Positions 1 to 9,603 of a DNA stretch of 55,444 nt are shown one piece after another. Location of the stretch: NCBI GenBank assembly GCA_009937205.1, contig JAACCR010000042.1, forward strand, positions 1-55,444, given 5' to 3'. Position 1 is the first letter of the stretch. Each line of letters starts with the position of its first letter. Source of the DNA: Methanobacteriota archaeon. Its GTDB lineage: Archaea; Thermoplasmatota; Poseidoniia; Poseidoniales; Poseidoniaceae. The notes beneath the pieces are model-generated. The model saw only the letters and a program-made list of their open reading frames with translations. It was not told the DNA's origin and did no database searches. Position numbers and translations under genes: made by a program.

Positions 1-66
1 AGAAGATGCAACAAAGGATTCCGCAGATAGTTCAAAGGATGAATAAATCACTTCTTGCTGATCATC

Positions 67-1062
67 ATGATAAATCAGTCTAAGTATGGACGATTTGTAA
101 TATTTTTAATATTACTTCTCATCACTTGTGCCATTCTACTAATCAGTAACTACTCACTATTAGGCAATTTTATTTTTGCATTACTGATTGGTGCGTTGAT
201 GATCAATCTCTTTATTGAATATATAATTATTCAAATCTTTAGAACAACAGATTTTCAAAAGCCTAGCATAGAGATTGAACCGTGGGTAGAATTGATTGTT
301 AGTTGCCGTGGTATTGAAGCCAGAGCGATGCTAAATCGTAGAGGTGAAAGTGCACCAATGCTATTGATGATACATGGCTGGAAAAGTAGCGCTGAATCAG
401 TACGCGAACGTGCTGAATGGTTTTGTGAACAAGGATGGCATGCCTTGATAGTTGAAATGCCAGGGCACGGCAAGGCAATGCCTGTTGAAAAATGGACTGC
501 GATTAGAGTAGTAGAACACGCTGCAGAATTAATGGGAGCATTAGATAGTTTACTACCTTCAAAAAACATCACACAAATTGTGTATTATGGGCATTCTATG
601 GGCGGTTTCGTAGGACTTAATCTCTCAAAAAGAATTGACGACTATCCTTGGGGTAGTAAGGTAAAAGGGTGGATACTAGAATCTCCTATGACCAAATATT
701 CAATTGTATATGATGAATCGTTAACGCGTAACAGAATCCCACGATTACTCCATTCATCCATTCAAAGAAGGTTGTTAGTTCAATTCTCAGCACTTCATCC
801 ACAGGAAAAACCTATTCATTCACTTATAGAATTAGATGTTCCAATCTGGGGTCTACCTCAACAACCTACTCTCATCTTACAAGCAGAAGAGGATTCAGTT
901 CTAGGGAGATCTCATTACGACTTGCTTGTATCATCGATGAATGAGGCCGGTAGAGGAGAGATTCTCACAACACATCTAATTGGAGACCTTCCCCATTCAG
1001 GCGCTAGAACCAATTCAACAAGGAATCATCACATTGAGCAATGGTTGGAGAATAATTTTTAA
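67..1062 (+). CDS. Membrane-anchored alpha/beta hydrolase
   Basis: Two N-terminal hydrophobic helices, HGW oxyanion motif, GHSMGG nucleophile elbow, late Asp/His; ATG at 67 preferred over TTG at 55. Confidence 0.8.
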   Translation: MINQSKYGRFVIFLILLLITCAILLISNYSLLGNFIFALLIGALMINLFIEYIIIQIFRTTDFQKPSIEIEPWVELIVSCRGIEARAMLNRRGESAPMLLMIHGWKSSAESVRERAEWFCEQGWHALIVEMPGHGKAMPVEKWTAIRVVEHAAELMGALDSLLPSKNITQIVYYGHSMGGFVGLNLSKRIDDYPWGSKVKGWILESPMTKYSIVYDESLTRNRIPRLLHSSIQRRLLVQFSALHPQEKPIHSLIELDVPIWGLPQQPTLILQAEEDSVLGRSHYDLLVSSMNEAGRGEILTTHLIGDLPHSGARTNSTRNHHIEQWLENNF

Positions 1063-1066
1063 TAAA

Positions 1067-2107
1067 TTATTCTTGTAAATCATCTGACGTTTCTGCAAAT
1101 TCCTTCGCCAATTCACGCATATCATCAACTTCATCTAATTCATCAACTATTTCTTCACCGAGCAATGTTTCAAGAACATCCTCCAAAGTTACAAGTCCGG
1201 CAGTACCACCAAACTCATCCTTGACAATAGCGACTTGTTGCCTTTGCTCTAGGAATACCTCAAGTGCATGATCAACAGAGTCATCGACGAGAATAGAGAT
1301 TGCTGGTTTCTTGAACTCTCCAATTAACTTATCAGATTCATCTCTGCTAGCTGCCATCAATATTTGAGAACGTATCACAAAGCCTGTGATTTCATCTATC
1401 GACTCTTCATAAATCGGTATCCTTGAAAAGCGGATAATTTTATGCTCTTGTAGTATCTCTTCAACCGTAGATGTTGACATAAAAGCAGTCATAACCACTC
1501 GCGGAGTCATAATTTCACTAACATTAATATCTCTTAATTTCAGTAAGTTATGAATCACTTCCTCTTCATCTGCCTCAATTATCCCTTCTTCTTCACCGAG
1601 GTCAACAATGGCGGCAACATCATCTCTAGTGACGAGCGTATCTCCTCCCGCTGGAAGAATTGATTTTAAGATTTGAATTGGAATGATAATAAATGTCAGT
1701 AATTTAACCAAAATCTGTAAAATCATTCCAGTTATTGGAACTAGTTTTTTCCAGTATGCTGTGCCAAGAGTCTTTGGGATAATTTCAGATAAAAATAAGA
1801 CTGCAATCGTTAGAATGATCGAAGCAACAGTAAGATACTCCTCTCCCCAAATAGTCTGCACCTGTGAACCAACACCAGCAGCCCCCATTGTATGGGCGAT
1901 TGTATTCAAAGTTAAGATCGAAGTTAGAGGCTTAACTGCATCATCATCTTTCAGTTGCGCCCATAAATCTCCTGACTTCTTACCCTCTTTTTGCAGAACT
2001 GCAATATGAGTATGAGGCACCGATAATACAACTGCCTCAAGTATTGAACAAATAAAGGAGATTCCTAATGCCAAGACGGCATAAAATACTAGTAAAGTGA
2101 TGTCCAT
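1067..2107 (-). CDS. CNNM (DUF21) + CBS domain protein (hemolysin/CorC-like Mg2+ transport family)
   Basis: SFICSILEA, LSEIIPKTLG, MTPR, FSRIPIY, DEFGGTAGLVTLEDVLE motifs; start at MDITLL. Confidence 0.9.
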   Translation of the reverse strand: MDITLLVFYAVLALGISFICSILEAVVLSVPHTHIAVLQKEGKKSGDLWAQLKDDDAVKPLTSILTLNTIAHTMGAAGVGSQVQTIWGEEYLTVASIILTIAVLFLSEIIPKTLGTAYWKKLVPITGMILQILVKLLTFIIIPIQILKSILPAGGDTLVTRDDVAAIVDLGEEEGIIEADEEEVIHNLLKLRDINVSEIMTPRVVMTAFMSTSTVEEILQEHKIIRFSRIPIYEESIDEITGFVIRSQILMAASRDESDKLIGEFKKPAISILVDDSVDHALEVFLEQRQQVAIVKDEFGGTAGLVTLEDVLETLLGEEIVDELDEVDDMRELAKEFAETSDDLQE

Positions 2108-2327
2108 TTGTAGTCTGCGACTCCGAGTCCCGATAGTGGGTAAGTAGCACATGCGAGGTGATAGTTCTTGATGATAACCCAATGTAATGATGAATTACTG
2201 AGATATATTTGATTCTATCAGTTCGCCATTCACTAGTCATTAGAAGTAACATAAACCCCTGCAAGCCTAGTATTACAAGGGTGAAACTCAAGAAGGACAT
2301 CACACCCGCATTGAAATAGGGATTGGC

Positions 2328-4601
2328 ATGGTTGATGAGCATGTACTGATTTGTGTTGCTTGGCCCTATGCTAATGGTCCACTACACTTAGGCCATGTTG
2401 CAGGTTGTTATTTGCCCCCAGACATCCAAGCCCGTTTCGAAAGAGCGCGAGGAAATAGAGTTCTGATGGTTTCTGGAAGTGATGAACACGGAACTCCAAT
2501 CACAGTTACAGCGGAACAGAAAGGCATTACTCCTCAGCAAGTTGTTGATGAATACCATGCTATCAACTCCAAGGCCCTAATAGATCTTGGATGTAGTTGG
2601 GAACCCAATATTGACTCGCGAGGAATTGAATATGGAGGTTCATTATTCAATAGAACTACCGACCCAATGCATAAACAAATAGTGCAAGAAAACTTTTCTT
2701 CTTTGATGGATGCAGATTTGTTTGAAAGAAAGACTACTCAACAATACTATGAGACCAATAGCGACGGAAGTGGCCGGTTTTTACCAGATAGGTATGTAGA
2801 AGGTGTTTGCCCATCTTGTGCAGAAGATGGTGCTAGAGGAGACCAGTGTGATTCATGTGGAGCTACGTACGAATCAACGGAATTAAAGAACCCAGTTTCT
2901 AAGATGAATCCTACTGCCAAAATTGAAATTAAAGATACAGATCATTTCTTTTATCGTTTAGATTTATTCCAAGAAGCCTTACAACAACATGCATCTGAAA
3001 GAAACTCAGTATGGAAGCCAAATGTTAGAGCTATGACCAAACAATGGTTAGACATGGGTCTGCGTTCTCGAGCAGTGACTAGAGACCTTTCGTGGGGAAT
3101 TCCACTACCCTTGAAAGATCCTGAATGGGATGGAAAATGTGTATATGTTTGGTTTGAAGCGGTGCAAGGTTACTATTCATGCGCAAAAATATGGGCACTT
3201 CGGCATGCACAACAAGGCGGTCATCCTGATGGGTTAGATGCTTGGAAGAATTGGTGGTGCGTTTCAGAAGATGGAACTAGCCCTAGGCACTTATATTTCT
3301 TAGGAAAAGACAACATTCCATTCCACACTGTAATCTGGCCAGCATTAATTCTTGGACTTAATCATGCTTCAAAGGGAAAGACAGCAAGCGACTCTATAGA
3401 AATGCCTTCAAGTGGAGATTTAGCATTGGAGACAAATGTACCGGCGATGGAATATCTAATGTTATCAGGTGGCCAGTTTTCTAAATCACGTAAACACGCT
3501 GTATGGTTACCCTCATTCCTTGAAAGATATAATCCAGATTATCTTAGATACTACCTGTCGATTAATATGCCAGAAAATCATGACACAGATTTTAATTGGC
3601 CCGATTTTGTTGAAAAGATCAACAGTGAATTGATAGCCGCATATGGTAATTTTGTCCATCGCGTATTAACGCTAGGTGTTAGATTACCTATGGGTGATAA
3701 TGGCCCCCTTGCAGATATTGAAATAGCAGAATTAACAGTCGAACACCGCCAAAAATTAGAGGAAATACATGCCTCCATTACCGATTCACTGCTTAGACAC
3801 CGCTACAAAGAAGCATTACGCCATGTAATGTCTGCTGCACAGTATGGTAATCAAATACTGCAAGCAGCAACTCCATGGAAGTACCTCAAGAGTGAAGAGG
3901 ATACTGAAGAGAGGAGGCAAAGTTTGTCCACACTTGCATTCGGCTGGCGCTTATCTCGCTTTTTGGCAATTACTTCACAACCTTTCTTACCATTTAGTGC
4001 TGCCAAATTATGGAATGCATTAGGGCAAACAGGCGATGTTAGCCTTGTTTCATGGAATGATGCGATAGATTGGGATGTCGTAATGACTTGGAGTCAGGAA
4101 ACACCTACTCCACTCTTTGAACGCCTCGAATTAGATGTTATTTTGGAAAGTGAGAAATCTCTGACTGAAACAGATACAGCAAAAGTAGATGACAAACCAA
4201 TTCATACCGTTAAAGGTAGCAAGAAAAACAAAAAGGAGATGAAGGAAATGAGTGAAGCACCAGAAGGAATAGCATATTTGAACTTTGAAACATTTATGGA
4301 AGTCGATCTAAGAGTCGGAAAGATATTGACTGTTGAAGACCATCCTAATGCGGACAGATTATATGTTGTGAAAATAGATGATGGCAGTGATGCTGAAAGA
4401 ACTATTTGTGCAGGATTGAAGCAATACTATCAGGCAGAAGAGATGGTTGGTAAAACAGTGGTATTCGTTGCAAATTTGAAACCAAGACCGCTTAGAGGAG
4501 TTACCTCGGAGGGAATGATGCTAGCAGCAGATGATGGAAAGGATGGAGTTCGATTAGTCACAATAGATGGTGACATCGCAACTGGTTCACAAGTACGTTA
4601 A
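2328..4601 (+). CDS. metG: Methionyl-tRNA synthetase with C-terminal tRNA-binding OB domain
   Basis: PYANGPLHLGH (HIGH), CPSC/CDSC knuckle, FSKSR (KMSKS), C-terminal DLRVG..HPNADRL..SEGM. Confidence 0.97.
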   Translation: MVDEHVLICVAWPYANGPLHLGHVAGCYLPPDIQARFERARGNRVLMVSGSDEHGTPITVTAEQKGITPQQVVDEYHAINSKALIDLGCSWEPNIDSRGIEYGGSLFNRTTDPMHKQIVQENFSSLMDADLFERKTTQQYYETNSDGSGRFLPDRYVEGVCPSCAEDGARGDQCDSCGATYESTELKNPVSKMNPTAKIEIKDTDHFFYRLDLFQEALQQHASERNSVWKPNVRAMTKQWLDMGLRSRAVTRDLSWGIPLPLKDPEWDGKCVYVWFEAVQGYYSCAKIWALRHAQQGGHPDGLDAWKNWWCVSEDGTSPRHLYFLGKDNIPFHTVIWPALILGLNHASKGKTASDSIEMPSSGDLALETNVPAMEYLMLSGGQFSKSRKHAVWLPSFLERYNPDYLRYYLSINMPENHDTDFNWPDFVEKINSELIAAYGNFVHRVLTLGVRLPMGDNGPLADIEIAELTVEHRQKLEEIHASITDSLLRHRYKEALRHVMSAAQYGNQILQAATPWKYLKSEEDTEERRQSLSTLAFGWRLSRFLAITSQPFLPFSAAKLWNALGQTGDVSLVSWNDAIDWDVVMTWSQETPTPLFERLELDVILESEKSLTETDTAKVDDKPIHTVKGSKKNKKEMKEMSEAPEGIAYLNFETFMEVDLRVGKILTVEDHPNADRLYVVKIDDGSDAERTICAGLKQYYQAEEMVGKTVVFVANLKPRPLRGVTSEGMMLAADDGKDGVRLVTIDGDIATGSQVR

Positions 4602-5231
4602 TTACAAACCAAGTCGCGAATTAACAGATTTCATTGATTCCCTAGACAATTCTCTAGCCTCTTCCAAAATATCTTGAGAAGATTCCCTCATATGAGTACC
4701 CATTTCTTCAGGAATTGAAGATAAATTGATTTCAACATTGAATAATGCACCCTTTACAGCAGCACTTGCTAATAATGCTGCAACACCTACGTCAGAAGCC
4801 GCATTGCCATTACCCTTCTCCGCCAAATCAGGGAGGTGTCGAAGTAATGATAGAGCTAGAGTCGCAGTTTCAAATGGAACTTCTGCTGCTTTGAGTGTAC
4901 TTTGACGGATGCAATTTCTTCTTGCACTGATCTCCTCATCATTATCCTTAGGCATTTTGAAGCAGGCCATGACCGCATCAAAGGAGTCGCTATCTTCTAT
5001 CGCCAACTCACCAGCGCGCCCCATCAGTGGACTAGCGGTATTTTGTGCATCTTCTGCCACCTTCCAACCCTCTTGCCATTTTTCCTTGCCAATTGTTAAA
5101 TCTGTAACCATGCAAGTCAAAGCGGCTGCTTGGCCAAGGGCTACTGCAGCCGCAGTCCCTCCACCAGGGGTCGGAGAAGATGATGCTAGAGCAGCTTGGA
5201 AGTCACGCACGGACATGTCCATCCAATTCAT
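4602..5231 (-). CDS. Formiminotetrahydrofolate cyclodeaminase
   Basis: LASSSPTPGGG, GNGNAASDVGVA, NVEINL motifs; start overlaps upstream stop (ATGA). Confidence 0.9.
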   Translation of the reverse strand: MNWMDMSVRDFQAALASSSPTPGGGTAAAVALGQAAALTCMVTDLTIGKEKWQEGWKVAEDAQNTASPLMGRAGELAIEDSDSFDAVMACFKMPKDNDEEISARRNCIRQSTLKAAEVPFETATLALSLLRHLPDLAEKGNGNAASDVGVAALLASAAVKGALFNVEINLSSIPEEMGTHMRESSQDILEEARELSRESMKSVNSRLGL

Positions 5232-6277
5232 TGTTCCACCGCCTTTGCCACAGCCCATTCAATTATTCTCTCCTCTGCATCAAATGGTGATATCTGAGAA
5301 AGACCCAAACCTTCTATTGCAGCAATTACCAGTTCCTTCTCATCTGTTACACCTTCAGCCGCATACCATTTTCCAGAATCTAACATAGCAGAAAGTGGAA
5401 CAAGGCCTACTAATTCACTACCAGGTACATCGACTTGATGATCAGATGCAATGCTCTTACAGGCTTCGAAGGCAATATGCATTGGACATGCTTCAACATC
5501 TCTTAGATTCATAGATACTTGAGAGATGCCATGGCTTTCCAAAGTAACACCCATTCCTTGCACCATGGGTAGCATACCAGGAATTCTTGCCCTTCTTCCA
5601 TCTGATTGTTTTAACAATCTGCCAGTTGATCTAACTAGCGAACCAATTTTTTTAGCAACAACAGCATCTGCTTCATCTACATTTACATTATACGCGACCA
5701 GTATGCTTCTCGAACCGATTGTAATTGCACCTGATTTAGCACAATTCTCATTCCATTGCATAGGTCCAAAGTCTGGTAGTTTAGTTGATTCAGAATGACC
5801 CGTATCACCACCACTCATTCTTGCCTGTAATCCTTCATATTGTTCCTTTCTAAGAGAGGACAAGAGAGTTCTATCATCGTGAGTTGCTGCGAAACCATAT
5901 GTGAAAGTTGGAACTTCACATTCGCTAGCCACTTTAATTGCTAATTCCTTCGCTAACTCTGAGCACTGTTCCATAGTAATGCCCTGGAGTGGGACGAAGG
6001 GACAAACGTCCACTGCGCCGAGGCGAGGGTGCTCACCTTTGTGCTGCCTCATATCAATGTGAAATATTGCTGCTTTGATAAGTTCAAAAGCCCCTTTAGA
6101 AACAGGTCCAGCCTCACCAGCCAATGTTATTACCGTCCTGTTATAATCTGCATCTGGCTCAACCCCTAATACTGCACAACCAGAAATATTTCTAGCAGCC
6201 TGAACTATAAGTTCAATTTTTTCAGTATCGATTCCCTCGGAAATGTTGGGCACGCACTCAACAATTGTTGCTACCAT
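5228..6277 (-). CDS. ftcD: Glutamate formiminotransferase
   Basis: VECVPNISEG, HKGEHPRLGAVDVCPFVP, QVSMNL, GSELVGLVP. Confidence 0.93.
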   Translation of the reverse strand: MVATIVECVPNISEGIDTEKIELIVQAARNISGCAVLGVEPDADYNRTVITLAGEAGPVSKGAFELIKAAIFHIDMRQHKGEHPRLGAVDVCPFVPLQGITMEQCSELAKELAIKVASECEVPTFTYGFAATHDDRTLLSSLRKEQYEGLQARMSGGDTGHSESTKLPDFGPMQWNENCAKSGAITIGSRSILVAYNVNVDEADAVVAKKIGSLVRSTGRLLKQSDGRRARIPGMLPMVQGMGVTLESHGISQVSMNLRDVEACPMHIAFEACKSIASDHQVDVPGSELVGLVPLSAMLDSGKWYAAEGVTDEKELVIAAIEGLGLSQISPFDAEERIIEWAVAKAVEQ

Positions 6278-6332
6278 GAACTAGGGTTAACGCATTAGGA
6301 CTTTGAATGTTGACAAAGAACAATTTCAAAAA

Positions 6333-7553
6333 TCAGCTATAAAGTCTTTCAGGAGTGGCTGAAACACCACCCTGATTCCTCTTGCTGTTAATTCTCTTTA
6401 CAGCGGCGAGTATGTCGTTTTGAGTTACTGTATCGCGCTTGTCTCTTATTGCGTTCATACCCGCTTCAACGCAAGTAGCCTTCAATTCAGCACCAGAATA
6501 GCCTTCAGTTAATTCTACAACTCTTTGAACATTAATTCTCTTAGTATTCATGTTCTTAACATGCAATGAAAGTATGGCACTTCTTGCCTTTTCATCAGGC
6601 ATAGGAATTTCGATGACCCGGTCAAATCGCCCAGGCCTCAACAAAGCGTCATCCAAAATATCCGGGCGATTTGTAGCGGCAATTATCTTCACATGTTCTA
6701 AAGAGTCAAAACCGTCTAATTCAGCAAGTAATTGCATTAATGTTCTTTGAACTTCCCGATCACCACTTGTAGAGCCATCCAATCGTTTTGCACCGATTGC
6801 ATCAATTTCATCCAAGAAAATTATCGAAGGAGACTTTTCTTTTGCTAATGAGAACAATTCTCTAACCATCCTTCCCCCTTCACCGATATATTTCTGGGCT
6901 AATTCACTACCTACCATGCGAATAAACGTTGCATCGGTGTGATTTGCTACCGCTTTAGCAATCAATGTTTTTCCACAACCCGGTGGGCCAACTAATAGGA
7001 TTCCCTTTGGTGCTTTAATTCCAACTTTTACGAATAACTCAGGAGAAGTTAAAGGCAATTCAATAGCCTCTCTTACCGCTTCAATTTGATCGTCTAAGCC
7101 TGCAACCTCGCCGTATGTGACATCGGGCTTCTCAACCATTTCAGCACCGCTAACCATCGGATCCCAAGCATCATGTAACACTTCGATAATCGCTAAAGTA
7201 TCTTGATTCAAGGCAACTCTGGTGCCCGGTTGTAATTTAGAAGGTTCAATTCTTTGATTCAATGAAACCTGAAATACAGTACCATTTGATGAACGTACTA
7301 TTGCTCTATCACTATCGAGGATATCCTGTAAAGTACCGATGATAAGCGGGGGTTTCCTCATTGATTTCACTTCTTCATTCAGTGTATTTGCTCTCTTCTT
7401 AAGACCTCTAACTTCTGACTCAAGGTGCGCTCTATCATTTATCAGCGATTGAGCTTCTTCTTGTAAAATCCGGTAATCTGACTCCAATTTTTTAAGATCT
7501 TCATCAGAACTTTTAGTATCTGCGTTAGCGCTGTTCTCAACTTCACTACTCAT
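6333..7553 (-). CDS. pan: Proteasome-activating nucleotidase (AAA+)
   Basis: N-terminal coiled coil and OB fold, GPPGCGKT, DEIDAIG, DREVQRTLMQLL, RPGRFDR, C-terminal HbYX (LYS). Confidence 0.97.
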   Translation of the reverse strand: MSSEVENSANADTKSSDEDLKKLESDYRILQEEAQSLINDRAHLESEVRGLKKRANTLNEEVKSMRKPPLIIGTLQDILDSDRAIVRSSNGTVFQVSLNQRIEPSKLQPGTRVALNQDTLAIIEVLHDAWDPMVSGAEMVEKPDVTYGEVAGLDDQIEAVREAIELPLTSPELFVKVGIKAPKGILLVGPPGCGKTLIAKAVANHTDATFIRMVGSELAQKYIGEGGRMVRELFSLAKEKSPSIIFLDEIDAIGAKRLDGSTSGDREVQRTLMQLLAELDGFDSLEHVKIIAATNRPDILDDALLRPGRFDRVIEIPMPDEKARSAILSLHVKNMNTKRINVQRVVELTEGYSGAELKATCVEAGMNAIRDKRDTVTQNDILAAVKRINSKRNQGGVSATPERLYS

Positions 7554-7686
7554 ACGAACAAATCACTGGTTGAGGCGACACCGTATGAACTCCTCGCTTG
7601 ATAATATAAGAAACGGGCTGTTCCGAAGGATTCAAAGTATTCCGACTATTAATCATAATTACAGGCGACTGTACGGAAGTGACATT

Positions 7687-8193
7687 ATGGGGGATTGTGA
7701 ATTATGTGGAGCAATGAAGGTTGGAGTCAAACACGTAAAAACCGGTAAAACAGAGGTCTCAGCCTGTAGTAGGTGCATTGAAAAATTAAACCTTGGACCG
7801 AAGCCGGTTGCCCCTGGATTAGCACGAGCGTTTTCTCCAACCACGAGGACCGGTGGAATGAATACTAAGACTAGTGGTTCATCTGCTAGAGGAAAAAGTA
7901 TTATGACGCGTTCTGAAAAAGACCTCGCCGATGACTTTTCATTACGTATTTCAACAGCCCGTAAGCAGAAAAATTGGAATCAATCACAATTAGGAAAGAG
8001 AATGGCAGAAACTGTAAACATCATCAAATCTGCTGAATCTGGCAAAAGACCAACTGATTCCGTAATAAAAAAGTTTGAACGTATTTTAGGGATTAGTTTG
8101 ATGATAGAACACAGGTCAGTTGACACTCGAGTTCTAGACAGTGGGCCATCTCGCGGAATAACGCTCGGTGATTATTTCCTTAAAGAAGAGTGA
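7687..8193 (+). CDS. mbf1: Archaeal multiprotein bridging factor 1 (Zn ribbon + HTH)
   Basis: CELCG..CSRC, HTH, C-terminal ITLGD; divergent from pan as commonly seen in archaea. Confidence 0.88.
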   Translation: MGDCELCGAMKVGVKHVKTGKTEVSACSRCIEKLNLGPKPVAPGLARAFSPTTRTGGMNTKTSGSSARGKSIMTRSEKDLADDFSLRISTARKQKNWNQSQLGKRMAETVNIIKSAESGKRPTDSVIKKFERILGISLMIEHRSVDTRVLDSGPSRGITLGDYFLKEE

Positions 8194-8197
8194 TTCG

Positions 8198-8752
8198 ATG
8201 AGAGATATACCAGTCCACGCGATTTGGTTGGCCCAAGATGATCCCAAGAAAAATACTGTTGTTAGTGCTTCAAAAAGAGGCGACATAATAATGCATAAAC
8301 GGTTCAACACCGTTCCTAGAAAAGGGTTTATTTTAGAGCCATTATGTGGTAAAGTGTTCGGTCCGGAAGACCATGAGGTCCTCCTCAGTAATGGCGGTGC
8401 TATAGTCGGTTTAGACTGTAGTTGGGCCAACATAGAAGAAAGTGTGGAGCAAGTGATGAAACGGACCAAATTACAACCGCGAATGTTACCTTTGCTATTG
8501 GCAGCAAATCCAGTTAATTGGGGTAAACCAAGTAAATTAACGACTGCTGAAGCACTAGCCACTATTCTATTTTTAATTGGCCGAGAACAACAAGCACGGC
8601 AAGTATTAGGTGCTTTTAGGTGGGGCGAGAGATTTTTTGAACTGAATAAGGAACCACTTGAAGCATATGCTGCTGCAAAGTCTAGTGCTGAATTAGTTTC
8701 GTTGCAATTTGAATTTTTTGATATTGATAGGTCTTCAATTGAATCCGATTAG
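8198..8752 (+). CDS. tsr3: 16S rRNA aminocarboxypropyltransferase (DUF367)
   Basis: QDDPKKNT, DCSW, RMLPLLLAANPVNWG, LTTAEALA, FRWG. Confidence 0.93.
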   Translation: MRDIPVHAIWLAQDDPKKNTVVSASKRGDIIMHKRFNTVPRKGFILEPLCGKVFGPEDHEVLLSNGGAIVGLDCSWANIEESVEQVMKRTKLQPRMLPLLLAANPVNWGKPSKLTTAEALATILFLIGREQQARQVLGAFRWGERFFELNKEPLEAYAAAKSSAELVSLQFEFFDIDRSSIESD

Positions 8753-8763
8753 AGCGTGATTAT

Positions 8764-9552
8764 ATGAGCGACATACACAGAAAAATAGGGGTCTCTCGCT
8801 GGAATGGAGAGAGGTTCACCTTAGATCAAGATAATGTTGCAGTTGAAGCATTAGTGATAATTAGAATCAATGGCAATACTATTGCAAGCCTGTTAGCTAC
8901 GCCATCTGATTTACAAGATTTAGCTATTGGACATTGTATTGCTGAAGCTAAAACAGGCCCGATTAACATTGAAAGTTTTACCATTTCTTTAGATGAGACT
9001 GGTACTCACTTCGCGGACATTATCACATCTGATAACATAGACCTACTACTTCCTGATGAGAGAATCATCACCAGCAGTTGTGGCGCATGCGATAGAGATG
9101 GAGTGGATGCTTTAATGTCAAATGTGCCTCTTGTTTCATCCTCACAGATTAGTTTCTCTGCAGTTGCAATAAATACTGCTTTTGAAGCGATGAAAGAACT
9201 ACAAATCGGTTTCTCTGCGACCGGGGGAGTTCATGCTGCAGGGCTGATAGATGGTGAAGGAAATTTAGTCGCCATTAGAGAAGACATTGGAAGGCATAAC
9301 GCGGTTGACAAATTATTCGGTTTCGCACAAAGAAGTGAAATCAATCTCAATCAGCATGGATTACTGTTATCTGGTCGATGTGGATGGGATATTGTTGCTA
9401 AATCTGCTAGAATGAATTGTCCACTGATAGCCAGCATTGGGGCATCCTCTACTCTTGCAATAGAAGCAGCACGCCAATCAAATATCACACTCTTCTCTTT
9501 TGTCCGTAACGACAAAGGGGTAGTGATTGGGCCCTCAAGCCGCCTCAATTGA
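8764..9552 (+). CDS. fdhD: Formate dehydrogenase accessory sulfurtransferase
   Basis: SSCGAC, TGGVHAAG, EDIGRHNAVDKL, SGR. Confidence 0.93.
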   Translation: MSDIHRKIGVSRWNGERFTLDQDNVAVEALVIIRINGNTIASLLATPSDLQDLAIGHCIAEAKTGPINIESFTISLDETGTHFADIITSDNIDLLLPDERIITSSCGACDRDGVDALMSNVPLVSSSQISFSAVAINTAFEAMKELQIGFSATGGVHAAGLIDGEGNLVAIREDIGRHNAVDKLFGFAQRSEINLNQHGLLLSGRCGWDIVAKSARMNCPLIASIGASSTLAIEAARQSNITLFSFVRNDKGVVIGPSSRLN

Positions 9553-9603
9553 ACAAAGCATTGAGAAGCAAAGCCCCAGCGTGGTAAATTATCGGTGAGG
9601 GAA

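Noticed and set aside
2037..2342. 101-aa minus-strand ORF between the CNNM gene and metG
   Set aside because: Overlaps both neighbours, has no recognisable motif and spans their divergent promoter region
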